A stretch of DNA of 64,000 bases, from assembly GCF_018350175.1 (NCBI RefSeq), contig NC_058368.1, positions 196,790,001 through 196,854,000 on the forward strand. Reading direction: 5' to 3'. A model generated the notes under the pieces. It saw nothing but the letters and a program-made list of their open reading frames with translations, made no database searches and had not been told where the DNA came from. The stretch is from Felis catus. Taxonomy: Eukaryota. A program made the translations under genes and the position numbers. Position 1 is the stretch's first letter. Every line of letters begins with the position of its first letter. This document shows, one piece after another, positions 12,984 to 25,885 of the stretch.

Positions 12984-15900
12984 GAGGAGGCACCTTCCAC
13001 CCCCTAAATATTTGAAGGCATCCTTAGTAACCTTGGTTTGTTGCTCTGCACACAAAGATAACACATTTCTGTTGGAAAGTAGGGAAGGGAGGGAGGAAGA
13101 ATTCAATCATTAAAGAAATGTGTGTAGACGTGAAAGCCCTCAGGAATCCCACCTTCCAGAATTAAACACGGAGAGAAGCTTCCACCAGAACCATTTCAGA
13201 GCAATTTTGTACAGTTGTTTCCTCACAAGGTTCAGAACCCATATGGTGGGATTTACTCTGATTGATTGTTCAAGGAAACCAGGAGGGCCCTGGGGAAAAT
13301 GACCTTGAAAGGTTAACATCGGGGATGCCAACCCAGCCTCCCACCACGTCAAAGCATTTCACAGCCTTAGACCAAGCCTTAGAGTGGCCTGGTTTGTCAA
13401 AGGTCATCCAGGCCCTCCCTGTCCCTCTCTGACACCAGGCCCTCCCGGCAAGGCTTTGGGTCCCCTGGAAGCCGCTTCCCACTCGGCTGGTTCCATTAGC
13501 AATCCCTGTTTGGACCACCTAGTCAACACTCAGCAAATCATTCACGCGTCTGTTCCCTGCTTCCTCACTCGTATGTGCCAGGCACGGCGCTAAGTCGCAG
13601 AAATACCTTGGTGAGCGAGATCCACAGAGTTCCTGCCCTCCCGGCCCTTCCATTCGATCTAGAGATAGCGACGAACCGCAAAATGATTCTACCGCGCATT
13701 TAATTCACAGCATCTGTGCTGAAGCCTGGACAACAGAAGCCCCGGGGGGTGGTGGGAACAAAGCTGGCCAGGCCAGCTTCCCCGAGGAAAGGGATGAAGC
13801 TGAGATCCTCAACGAGAGCAGGAGCCGGCCGGGTTCAGAGGAGAGGGAAGCCCATTCCAGGCAGAGGGAACGGCATCTGCGAGGGCCTGGGGGGCTCACA
13901 TGCATGGTGGGGACTGGCGGGTCCTGGGGTCACAGCGGTGCACAGGACACGATGAGAGCTCTCCGAGGAAATGTCTTGGGGACTTTCACCACGTTGTGGC
14001 TCCTTTCCCCTCTCCCTTCGAGCCCTGTATGTCCTCCCTTCGAGTCCAAACACTCCCTGGAAGGCTCAGGGTATCGGACCTGAAGTCAGACTGATGCAAA
14101 CGCACCAGACCTGGGCTCCTATGAGCTCCCTATGGGTGCGAAAATGGGCAACAGCCTAATCTCTCTGGGCCATTTTTCCCGCCTATCGGATGGGTATGAA
14201 ACGATAACGCATTCGCTTTAATGAGATCATCCTCACGGTGCATGGGACTTCAGCAGCACTTGGTTCCTGGTAGCTTGGGTTGTTATTAGTATTATTAGAG
14301 GCACCAGGGTGCCTGGTCCCGGAAGCGCAGCCTCTCTATAGTTAAATACGGAGCTCACACGGAGCCAGGGAGGCTCTTCCCAGCCTCTGGATTCTTGTCC
14401 ACAAAAATCGGGGCAATGACACCGTTGGAATGACATTCCTTGAATGCATCCTTCAACACATCAAGTATGTTTTGGGAGTAGACTTGCATTTGTCCCACAG
14501 GCTGGAGGGTAGAGGACAGCTAAGACCCATGAAGGTTCCTTAGATGACAGATTGGTGCTGCTGGTTGACATCAGCCCACTCCCACCCCTGCCTCCCGGCC
14601 CAAAGCTGGACTCCCGTCCAAAGGATTCCGACTATGCTGTCAGTAATGAGAACCCCACGAAGTCCTCTCCGGGCTGAGGAGTCACGGGTTTTGCCTTCCC
14701 AGAAAAGCACCTTTGCTTCAGTGGGAGTGTGCCTTTGGACTGATAAAGACTCGCCCTGTCCAGTTATGGGTAGGAATATTGCAAGGGGGTGAAGCTATTT
14801 TTTGCCACATGTTCTATCTCTCCGGCAGGCACAGTGACATTGCTTGGGATCAAATAGCCCCAGCCATAGAAGGTCACGGAGCTGAAGGCTAGAAGGCCTG
14901 GCTCTCAAGGGGCCAAGCTGGGGGGCCCGGGGGATTACTTGCATCACCAGATGGGGGGCTCAGGACCTTCAGCTGCCCTCCCTTCCACCCTCTGGCCCAG
15001 CCCCAACCCACTGTCCACAGGATCCCCGTTGAACCTATTCCCTGGGCCCAGAGTCTGGTGGCAGCCGTTTATTTTTAGCCCATGATTCCCCAAGAATGCG
15101 GGTGGGCCCCTCGGAAGCAAGGGAAGGGAGGAGGGAGGAGGAAGAGGAACCTCGGGGCCTGGGAGGCCAGGGAGGACACAGCCCGGCGCAGGTCCTGAGC
15201 TCAGCCCTGTGACAGCCTCCTGTAGGGACAAGGCCAAGTCCCTCTCCCTTCTTGGGCCAGCCCATCTCAGGACCATCCTGGCCCCATGTCCCTGTGTTCC
15301 CCTTTTCTTCTATCCTGAAGACCCTAGGGACCCACGGCCTTTCTGCTTTTCTGGCCACTGCCGCACTCTGCGAACTCAACCACAGCGAGTGCAGAACAGG
15401 ACCCCTCAACACACCGCTTCTTCCTGCCTCTGAAGAGATGTCCCAGGCCCATCCCCTGGGCCTGCCTGGCACCAGAGTAGGCGCTTACTAAACACACACG
15501 GACCGAGGATGGATTTCACTGCTCTTCCCCATGGGCAAAAACCCTGAAAAATGTAAGAACTAATAAGAGGAAGTCATAGTGGTTTAGAAACTTACAAAAC
15601 CCTTAGGTCATTGTCCCTGGTTGCTAGTTCCTGTCTCTTTTCTGAGAAGTTGCCTGGAGCCCCTCGGCCTCAACTTTGCCTCTGTGATCCAGGGGGAAAT
15701 GCACGTACCCGTTCTTTTTCAATTCTACCTTCGCGCTTCCCTTGACCCTTCGTTCCTGGATGCCCAGGCGCTGCCCCACAGAGAGTCTGGCAAAAGGGAA
15801 ACCATCTGGCTGAGCTGGCTCCACCTCCTACTAGGCTGTGACCCAGGGCAAGATGCCCTGTCTGCCCCTGCAAGAGAGTGTATGGCTCTCAGTGGGGTCA

Positions 15901-16280
15901 TTGGGATGACCAGCCAGCCTTCGAGCAAAATGGCTGCCACATAGTAGGTGCTTAATACTTGGTAGTTGTTGTTCTATTATCACGAAGGAAGTGGGGCCGA
16001 AAACCACGCCTTCTTTTCTCACGTCTTCTCTCATGCCATACCTGATCATTCTTATATTTATAGGATGCTTTAATATTTTATAAAGCACTTTCACATCCAT
16101 TAGCTCATCTGATTCCCCACACAATCCCCTTGGAAAGGGCCAAGTCATGATTACAAGATCATTATTCCCATTATACAGATGAAGATCCTCAAGTCCCAGA
16201 AAAGCAGAACGGGTCTTGCTCGCCATTGTGCTGCCGCCCATGGAGCAGGGGCTCAAGACAAAACAAAGCAAAACCCTTTT

Positions 16281-16512
16281 TTTTTTTTTTTAATTTTTTT
16301 TTAACGTTTTATTTATTTTTGAGACAGAGAGAGACACAGCATGAACGGGGAAGGGGCAGAGAGAGAGGGAGACACAGAATCGGAAGCAGGCTCCAGGCTC
16401 TGAGCCATCAGCCCAGAGCCCGACGCGGGGCTCGAACTCGCGGACCGCGAGATCGTGACCTGAGCTCAAGTCAGACGCTTAGCTTAACAGACTGAGCCAC
16501 CCAGGCGCCCCC
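16281..16512 (-). mobile_element. Young Can-SINE
   Basis: TSD gcaaaaccctttt at 16268-16280 and 16513-16525. Confidence 0.95.
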
Positions 16513-17610
16513 GCAAAACCCTTTTAAAGGAATGGCCTATACAGTACAATCCTCTACGGGAGGCCACTTAACCCTTTCCTCACCAGCAGAGTGGGGATTG
16601 ATGTTGTACGAGACACGCAGGACATCCAAATTCTAGAATTCATGTTGCACGGTAAGGCTTGTTCTTGCGAACGGGCAGAAAGGGAGGGAGGTGTGTGTAC
16701 CAAGTCCTCTCCCCCTCCTCCGAGAGGGGAGCCCAGCTGGTCGTTGCTGGTCGTTGCCTCTGCCGGGGAGAGAGTTCAAGCTCATTCCTAGAAGATCCCC
16801 AGACCAGAGCCTCAATGTCCGCACATCCTGGGACCTTGGCTTCTCCTGGTTTCTGCAGCTGGAAGCTGAACTTTAGAGAGGAGATGGGCCCATGTGGGGG
16901 TAGCCGTGGGAAACAAATCCCAAAGGGAGTGGAAAGTCTTCTAGTGTAGAAGTTGAAATTTCCTCTGATACTGACACCGCGGGGAAAGCATTCTGCCGCG
17001 TTTGGAAGAGATGGGGTGGGATGGATGAAAATGAAAGGGGGACACCAAAACACGTACCACCCCTTTTTAGGTCAAAAGTCATTTCGTTAATATAGGGACA
17101 TAAAAAAATATGTCATGTATAAACTGATTTCACCACAAGCAATCACAATCAGCATATTACACGTCAAAGAATAATCCCTGTTGTCAGGCAGTAATTCTAA
17201 ATCTGTGATTTACTTTTAATTCATTGAATTGTTAAAAAACGGAGGTGTCGCTGCTAAATTTCCGGAATCTCTTCAGCTTGCCTGTTGGGGAGACGCAGAG
17301 AACTCGCACCGGACTCCAATAAAGCCTCTAATGTGTGGGAGCTCAGGGTTTCTAAAGAGACACTGCACATCTTTTAAGAAATTTGCCAAGACTGTGTAGG
17401 AGGAAAAACTCCAACTCACTGATGGCAACATTTGACCTCGGAAACTTATCTCATCACTGTAAGTGTATGTTTTATTTTCTAGCGAATGTAAATCATGGGG
17501 TTTTTTTCCCCCTCAGAATAATTTACAGTGCTTTTAGGTGCTTGGAATTGGGCTCCCTAGATCACAGAAAGGGAAAACTGGAGAAATGATTATTAAAGCT
17601 GACATTCATT

Positions 17611-17770
17611 GGAGCGCCCGGGGGGCTCAGTGGGTTAAGCCTCTTGGTTTCCGCTCAGGTCTTGATTTCATAGTTCGTGAGTTTGAGCCCCGAGTCGGGG
17701 CATTCTCTCGCTCTGCCCCTCCCCACTCGCTCTCTCTGTCTCTTTTGCTCTCAAAATAGTAATAATAATA
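17611..17770 (+). mobile_element. Internally deleted Can-SINE
   Basis: Diverged head and CT linker; the middle of the element is missing. Confidence 0.75.
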
Positions 17771-17794
17771 ATACCCTTTAGGGGGAAAAAAAGC

Positions 17795-18010
17795 TGACAT
17801 TTATTGACCACCTACTATGTGGTAGCTAGTCAGTGCTCTAATGGCTTCACACTCATTTATTCATTTAATCCCAATAACAGCCCCATGACATAGGCACTAT
17901 TATTATCCCCATCTTACAGATGAGAAAACCTAAGTTTAAGGAAGCAAAATGACTTGTCTAAGATCCCCTGGCCACTAAAGTGGCAGAATCAGGATTTGAA
18001 CGCAGGTGGA
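17795..18010. mobile_element. MIR
   Basis: Core motifs tttaatcc...attatccccatcttacagatgagaaaac...aggatttgaac. Confidence 0.75.
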
Positions 18011-18294
18011 GAGCAAAGCAGTGGATGGTTTGGTATGAAAATTAGGCTCCGGTCAGCCTGCCCTTAGTTACGTTCCCTCCTCTAAGTAAAACAGAGCAAA
18101 CTCTTCCCTTCTTGAGCCCCATCGTCCCATCACGCCACACAGCACCCTCTTCTTCCCAGATCCCACCACAACGGGGACACTTTTGTGACCTGGGTTGACA
18201 AAAGCTCACCGATGCTCCTAAAATACAGCTTTAGATTTTGAGCTCAGAGCACTTGTACACTCCTCAGATTTGCAGTTTATTTTGTTAAGGCTAT

Positions 18295-18401
18295 TTATGT
18301 TGTTTCTATTTTTTCGAATCTCTACACCCACTGTGGGGCTCGAACTCACAACCCGAAACCAAGAGTCGCGTGCTCTTCCAACTGAAGCAGCCAGGCGCTC
18401 C
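18295..18401 (-). mobile_element. Short tRNA-derived carnivore SINE
   Basis: aatctctacaccc...ggggctcgaactc...ccaggcgc. Confidence 0.75.
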
Positions 18402-18628
18402 TGAAATGTCATTTGGAAAGAATTCTTTCTTTAATCCCTTTTATAGATGACGGCGGCCCTGGGACAAGAAAAGGCCAGGTCCTAATCCCCTCCCAGCCCC
18501 GTATTTCTCAGGATGCTCCAACCGGTCTGCGTGGGACCTTGTCAGGGAGCAGATCATGTTTCCGGCCCTTCCCATGTGCCGTGACACTTACTAATGCAGT
18601 GCTAGACCCTGAAAGTCGCTGGGAACTC

Positions 18629-18630
<2 letters not shown>

Positions 18631-18673
<43 letters not shown>
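18631..18673. repeat. (GA)21 microsatellite
   Basis: Read directly. Confidence 0.95.
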
Positions 18674-18677
<4 letters not shown>

Positions 18678-19589
18678 ACGCTCCGTCCTCCTTGGGCTAA
18701 CCCTCCAGGGGGTGATGACAGTAAACCGGGAAACAGAGAGAAGAATTAAATCATGGGGACTGTACCAGTGCTCAGAAGGAAATTCCATTTTGCAGCCTGT
18801 CAATGCCAGTGCCCAGTACAGCTCCCGGCCACCGGGGCTTGGGGGGTGGGCAGGGACACACCCACCTCCCTGAAACTGAAAGTTTAGAAGAGGAAGGCCC
18901 CAAGCCGGGGGGCACAGAGTGCTCAGTCTTGCAACAAAGGCAAATCCCCAGCCAGAGAGGAACCGCTTCCCCTGCTGACCCACGCACAGGTCACCCTGCC
19001 CTCCGTGCCTGGGAACTGTACTGCGTTGACACCAGCAAGAGCTTTACATGCAAAACCTCCGTGTGGCTTGATTTTTGACATGACTTCGGGAGAGCAAAGT
19101 CTACCTGGTAGTGTTTGGACAACTTATCTTAAATATTTTATCTCCAGGGAGATTTGGTTTTCAGGGGCAAAACGTCTCCAAGGAGCCAAAGAAGTCCCTG
19201 GAATAGAAATGACACTAGTCTCCACCCCCCAGGCCTCTAATCCCACCCGCACCTGCCCGACCACCACCTGGCAGGAGGATCGGGGCCGGGACGGCGTCCT
19301 CTTTCTGTGAGCCTGACTCAGGGACTGTCCCACGAGCCGTCCGTCACTGGCTGCACCTCAGAGTCCCGAAGCTGGTTTCCCGTCCACGATACCGACCAGC
19401 CCTCATGACGACCGGGAAGAGGCCAGAGATCGTCACCCCCGTTTTGAGAAGCAGGGCCGGGCGTTTACTGTGCAGCTGCTTGACTCCACACCCAGTGCTC
19501 CCGTTGCTGTCACAGGGTCTCCCAACCTCCCATCCTTCAAGTCCCCCACCTGACTTTCGCCGGGTCCCTATGCCACCCGTCACCGTTCA

Positions 19590-19850
19590 TTAGAAGTATC
19601 CTTTTAAAGGTGGCCCATCTTGTTTCCTTAGCTTAAAGGCCTTTGCTTCAAAACGAAACTTGATTTCACTGCCCTACTTGGAAATCTGGTGTCACTTACC
19701 ATAAATGGAAGGCAGCCGTAAAAATAAAGGCAAGGAAATGTTATCACATCCCAGTTAGACACTGTTGCCTGCTCATGGCTCTGAGCCTGAGGCCTGATCT
19801 GTCTTTGTAAAAAGGGAGGGTGGCGAGTGTCAGAGGTGTTAAAGACCTCC
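19590..19850. mobile_element. Ancient DNA-transposon remnant (probably hAT-Charlie); a related copy at about 59890-60420 is split by a SINE
   Basis: The two loci share blocks (ccataaat..., gacactgttgcct/gacatcattgcct, gctctgagcctgag/gctcccagcccgag, gtgttaaagac). The family assignment is from memory. Confidence 0.4.
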
Positions 19851-22800
19851 CAGTGGAGGCTTGCTCCTTGAGGGACTGAGGCAGGATTGAGAACTTGAAC
19901 TTCCTCCCTGTGACAGCGCCATGCCCCTCCTCTCTCGTAGGCAGCAGCCCCCCAGTAGGGTGTATCTGGTTCTTGGGAAGACCTGGGCGCAGACCAGAGG
20001 CCTCACCCTGCTGACCCCCAGGCTGGTTCCCCCGAGCACCACCCCTACAGTCACCCCCGGCTGTCTCAGAGGCTATCCTTTGCGGGTCCTCTGGTCTCTG
20101 CCTCCTCACATGAGGTCGCAGGCTCCATCACTGCCCGCTCACACCCCAGCACGAGACCCCTCTTCTAACCCACCCGCTGCCTTAGCCAGGCACCCCCCAG
20201 AGCTCCGCCATATTGCCACAGCCCCTCCTAAGTGCTCCCTCTGCTTCCCATTCGGCCCCCCTCGATCTATCCTCCACACCCAGGCGCCTTCTAAAGCCAC
20301 GTCACTGCCGAAAACCTCTCCACGTCCCCCACAGCCCTCGGGATCCTGTCCCTCCTCCCTCGAGGTCCCACGAGGCCCTGCCTGCCCACACATCTCCCAG
20401 CCTCATTCCTCACCGCTTCCAGCTCCAGCCGTAGGAGCTCACCATCTTGGGCTTCTTCATTTCCTTACCAGGCCCCCCCCTTGACTTTGCAATTTCACAA
20501 CCGGTGTTCCCTCTGCTTACCCACACATTCGACCTGTCTCCGTGCAAATGGCACTCTCTCTGGGCGGCCTCCCCTAGTCTCCCTTGAGGCAGTCCCCCCA
20601 CCCTGACCCCGGGCCTCGGTGGCCCTGTGTCTCTCCCATCCCTCACGCTCCGTAGGAACTGCCTATGTCTGCCTGCCGCTGTGGTGCAATGCCTAGCACA
20701 GGATCAGACCTGTGTGCGGAGTCACGGAACCACTCGTGGATCGAATGGAGGGCTCCTGATCCCCTGCACGTATCAGTCTCCGCTTCCACTTTCCCCCCCA
20801 TTCTCCCCTCTGTCTTCATCTGACTAAATCCTGCCTCTCGCAGCCTTGATATTCTAGGTCAGTTCCTGCCTCTTCCATGAAGTCATCCCTGATCACTCTA
20901 GCCCAGACAGAATTCTCTTCCGTTGAACCCCCACAACATCTGTGTCGTTGTTGCACGAATGAATGGACGGATGAATGAGACATCTTATAAATGGAACGGC
21001 GCGAGAAAACAACGTCACTTAAAATTCAAGCTCACCTCGATGACTTCGGTTTTCTAAGAGGGAGAGTATAATTCCTATCGGTGGAAAAAGAAATCCTGAA
21101 ACTATTTACTTCTTTGGAGAGGCTGGTGGAGAGGAGAGACAACAGGCTGAACTCACACGGCATTTGTGGTTTCGGTTGGTGGTGCTGTATTTTCTCTGCA
21201 ATAAAGGTGAAGGCCTGAGGAGAAGGCCTCTTTCGGAAAGGTACTTGGTTTGGGGGAATAAATCACGGCTGCACATGGTATGAGATCCAAAAGCAGATGG
21301 TTTCTCCTTAGCACACCACATTAATGAATCTTTGAGTGTGCAAGGAGGTAGGGATCCGTGAGTGTGCAGAATCCATGGCTCCACATGATACAGTGAGGAA
21401 AACGGCATGCCTGGGGGAGCCCCCGGGGGTAGAAAAGTAGACGCTGAGAGCAAAGGAGACAAGCCCTCGAATGGAGTTCCCAGGTCCATAAAGGCGGTGT
21501 CCAGAGAGGAGGTCTTAGGGCCGGGTGGCCTGAGGGCCTCCGGGCCCAGAGCTGGCCAGGATCGACATTACTATTATCGGCCTTACTGGCTACACCAAGG
21601 TTTCAGTAGAGTTGGCTGCACTCAAAGCCCTGGAGGGAGAGATTTGGGGTCAAACAAGGAAAGATAGCTTGAATTGCCAGGAATCCAAACAGCCTCAGAA
21701 GGAACAGGAACCCGGGGCCTGGGGGCATGGGGGTGACGGAGGCCCCTGGGAATTTGTGGAAACCTTGAGAGGGCATCACACTCGTCACAGAGGAGGGATA
21801 GGACTCCAGCTAATTTTATTTCATTTCAGAGGACATACGACCTCAGCTAACATTAGAATGATGAGGAACCTTGCTTTATAGTATCTTTTTTGTTTGCTAA
21901 CACTCTGCATTCCTGACTAGACTGTAGACACTGGGTCTCACATTTTCTGTTTCACCCCCCACGTCCCCGCCAATAACAGTGGGCTGAGCACTGAATCCGT
22001 TTTGGGGGCAGCTCATGACATCATCACTGAGGGACGATGGTGACTGAGTAATTCATATCTACCCCCCACTTGGAAACAGCCCCGGGGAGGGCGCAAGCCA
22101 TATCTGGGCCCTGGGCCTTAGCCTGGCCCCCACTACCAATGTGTTTGGAACAACCTTGGGGAAAAGCCCTTGACTAACTAAGTCAGCTTTTAACTAACAC
22201 ACCCTTCAATCAACAACTCAAAGAACCTCGAAGCAATCTTTATGGCTGTCATTCTAGCTGGACTGCAGAAAGTATAAATAAGGCCGTTTGTAAAGAATTC
22301 CCAAATTGCTGAGATATGCAGGTCGTAATGGGCAGCGGCTGGCATCGGTGGGGGAGGCGGGCAAAGCAAGGTTGCCAGCGGCCTCTGTGACTGTGTTTCT
22401 GCGGCTATAGGTCTGGAACCAGCTCCAAGTCAAATATATGTACAAAGAGGAGGCTCGAACCCCACCTCACTGGGCAGGGCTGGCCGTCTCTCTGCCTCCA
22501 CTGGAGAGATAAGGAAGCAAAGACGGAGAGGTTAATATAGTCATGTGAACATCAATGGGTTAGTCAAGAATTAACCCCATTAGGCCAATAGCGAATTCCT
22601 GACTTCTTCAGATCTCCGAGTTACTGAATTTCTGCCAAACTGAGGTTTTCACCACCTTCCGGAGGGCTTGCGATCAGACCAGGTAGTCATCAGCTCGGTA
22701 TTCTGGATTCTTGACAGTGTTCAGTTTAAATTTTGGGTTTTAATTATTGCGTGAACCAGAACGTTCATGGCAAGTACGGATGTGGCATTTTGCTCGAGCC

Positions 22801-23234
22801 CAAATTTCTGTCGCAGCCCTGGGAAGCTGGTGTACCGGAAATATTAACAGCCAGTAAGTAAGCCCAGCCTGCGGCCCAGTGGCTACATTTCAGCATTGCT
22901 TTGTTGTTGTCACTTGTCACATCTCCTGAAGTTCCCAGGAGGTAGCGTTAAAACAACAACAACAACAACAAGAAAAACAACAACCCCAAAACAAAAAAGC
23001 AACCAAAAAAGAGATCTTTGACTTTCTATAAAATATGGTTCCTTGAAAAATAAGCCAACCTGTGTTGGTGATAGAACGGAAGAATAAGAGAAGTGTAAGT
23101 TCATGTTGGTCCCTATGCCAGAAAAGAGAAGTTCTGGATAAATTGCAGAGTGGAAGGTTGGACCCAGTGGGGGCTCAGATCCTAAAAGTGACCAAGTTCA
23201 CCTTCTCTAAGTGGTAACTTTGTGGGGTTCTTTC

Positions 23235-23418
23235 TTTGTTTATTTTGAGAGAGCACAAGCAGGGGAGGGGCAGAGAGAAGGAGAGACAGAATCAGAGAAG
23301 GAGGGACAGAATCCCAAGCAGGTTTCACACCATCAGCAGAGGCTGAGGTGGGTGAGCTCATGACCTGAGCTGAGATCAAGAGTCAGACACTTAACCAGCT
23401 GAGCCACCCAGGTGCCCC
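23235..23418 (-). mobile_element. Can-SINE, older copy
   Basis: Antisense copy flanked on both sides by tggtaacttt. Confidence 0.85.
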
Positions 23419-23449
23419 TCTACATGGTAACTTTAAAAAACAATTTACA

Positions 23450-23658
23450 GGGGCGCCTGGGTGGCGCAGTCGGTTAAGCGTCCGACTTCAGCCAGGTCAC
23501 GATCTCGCGGTCCATGGGTTCGAGCCCGCATCAGGCTCTGGGCTGATGGCTCAGAGCCTGGAGCCTGTTTCCGATTCTGTGTCTCCCTCTCTCTCTGCCC
23601 CTCCCCCGTTCATGCTCTGTCTCTCTCTGTCCCAAAAATAAATAAACGTTGAAAAAAA
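23450..23658 (+). mobile_element. Young Can-SINE
   Basis: TSD aaaaaacaatttaca at 23435-23449 and 23659-23673. Confidence 0.95.
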
Positions 23659-23989
23659 AAAAAACAATTTACAAAACCATTTCAAGAAATCACCAGCAAC
23701 AACAATGACAACACTAACAAAACAACTCTTTGGTAAGCCAGAGGAGACACTGCAGAGAATTGGAAAAAGCATTTGACGTGTAGATGGAAACCCTGATGGA
23801 AATGGGGAGTCATGCAAATACCCGAGCAAAGACCGCCACACATACAAATGCAGGGCTTGCAAAAGTCTCCAGCTGTTAGTCTGCAGGAGACTGGATGCCC
23901 CCTGGGAAGTCTGGCCTCCCCCCATCAACTTGCTCATCCTTCAATTTCACCCCCACTCCCTTCCCAGCGTAGTTGAGATGTCATGGTGG

Positions 23990-24021
23990 CATGCCATCTA
24001 GTGGTCAAAATGATTACTGCA
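23990..24021 (-). promoter_or_regulatory. CTCF-like site with core and upstream (U) motif
   Basis: The minus strand reads TGCAGTAAT-CATTT-TGACCACTAGATGGCA: a U motif, a 5-nt spacer and the core. Confidence 0.6.
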
Positions 24022-24069
24022 AGTAATTGCGGTGAGCTTTCTGGTTTGGGTTTTTTTTGGTTTTCAATT

Positions 24070-24264
24070 TTTCTTTTTTTTTTTTCTTAAGTTTATTGAT
24101 TTATTTTGAGAGCGCACGAGAGAGGGAGGGGCGGAGAGCGAGGGAGAGAGACAACCAGTGCAGAGCCCGAAGTGGGGGATCCATCCCATGGAACCGTGAG
24201 ATCATGCATGACCTGAGCCGAAATCAAGTCTGACACTTAACCGACTGAGCCACCCAGGCGCCCC
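24070..24264 (-). mobile_element. Can-SINE, older copy
   Basis: Antisense copy; tgagctttctg occurs on both sides. Confidence 0.85.
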
Positions 24265-25234
24265 TGAGCTTTCTGTTTTGATTTCATTAAGTCTTCATTC
24301 ATTTACTTATTCATTTAATGCATTGTTACCGGGTGCCGGACGCTGAGAATATAATAGGGAACAGTATCGATACAGTCTTTCCTTCAGGAACCCGCCATAG
24401 TCTAGTGAGAGGACACAAAAAATCCGAGGGTAAGATCGTGACCTCCTATAGGGAGCTAACAGAGCACTGTCAAGGGGGGGGGGGGGCACCTGAGCTAGAT
24501 TTGGTGGTCAGAGAAGACCTCCCAGAGGAAATGCAACCAAATTTGGGAACTGTAGGTTGAGTAGAGACTTGGTAAGCAGAGAGGAAGGGAAGCGATAGCC
24601 TTCCAGATAGAAGGGGCAGCGAGCCTGAAAGCCAGATGTCAAGAGGGTGCAACCAGCTCACGCTGGGCTTTAAGCTTTGTTTGAATTTTGAATCGCACCG
24701 CTAAGAGCAGTGAGGGCCATTTCTTTTCAGGGGGGAAAATTAAGAAGCCCCCTCGAATTTTAATTTCCCCCAGGCCCTGGCTTACACCTTTCCCTCTTAA
24801 AGTCTATAGCCTGGCACCAACCTCCTGGGCCGCACACGCCCCTGTGCTTTAATTTTTTGTTTTCCTCCCAGGCACGAGTTGCTCATCCCGCATGCCCTCG
24901 ATCTCTTGTTTCCTTCTGTCAGCAGAGAAGTTTGTCTTGCCCCGTAATCATTCCTAAGCTAGGGCAGAGCTTTAGCCCTGGCAAGAATAGGCCTGGAAAT
25001 GCCAAATTGCTTTCTAGGGCCACAGCCCTGGAGGGAAAGACAGTGGCTACTCTCAGGGTGAGGTCCTGGGTACCTTTGGCATCGGTATCCCCTGGTGCGT
25101 TTGTTAACGAGGTAGGTCCCCAGATCCCGTGTCAGGCCTGCACTCTCCTCATTCAGAGCAGGGTGGCCCTGGAATGGGCACCAGGGTCCCAGGGGACCCT
25201 GCTGCTCACTCAGGTTAGAAGTACAGGTGCAGTG

Positions 25235-25450
25235 GGGGCACCTGGGTGGCTCAGTGGGTGAAGCGTCCGACTTCGGCTCAGGTCACGATCTCACCGTCTG
25301 TGAGTTCGAGCCCTGCGTCGGGCTCTGTGCTGACAGCTCGGAGCCTGGAGCCTGTTTCAGATTCTGTGTCTCCCTCTCTCTGACCCTCCCCCATTCATGC
25401 TCTGTCTCTGTCTCAAAAATAAATAAACGTTAAAAAAAATTTAAAAAAAA
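25235..25450 (+). mobile_element. Can-SINE
   Basis: Full-length head, linker and tail. Confidence 0.92.
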
Positions 25451-25489
25451 GTCAATCCAAAAGAGGACACAGTGAAGAGTACACGTTAA

Positions 25490-25490
<1 letters not shown>

Positions 25491-25526
<36 letters not shown>
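25491..25526. repeat. (AC)18 microsatellite
   Basis: Read directly. Confidence 0.95.
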
Positions 25527-25528
<2 letters not shown>

Positions 25529-25691
25529 AGAGGAGGGGGCTGGTGCTGAGGGAAAGATCTCAGCCCAAAGGGGTGGAAATGAAATGTCCATTAAATGTTT
25601 GGAGAATCTGATGGGGATCTTGGCTCTGCCAACTTCGGGTAGCAGTCATGATTCTTGCCATTCCAAACTGGCGTCAACACAAAAAAGGATT

Positions 25692-25885
25692 TGTTTTTAA
25701 CTTTGTTTATTTGAGAGAGAGAAGGCACCAGGGAAGGGCAGAGAGGAAGAGGGAGGATCCCGAGTAGGCTCCCGCGCTGCCCGCGCGGAACCTGACGCAA
25801 GACTTGGACTCACAAACCGGGAGACCGTGACCTGAGCCGAAACCAAGAGGAGGACGCCCAACCCACTGAGCCACCCAGGTGCCCC
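25692..25885 (-). mobile_element. Can-SINE, older copy
   Basis: Antisense diverged copy. Confidence 0.85.
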
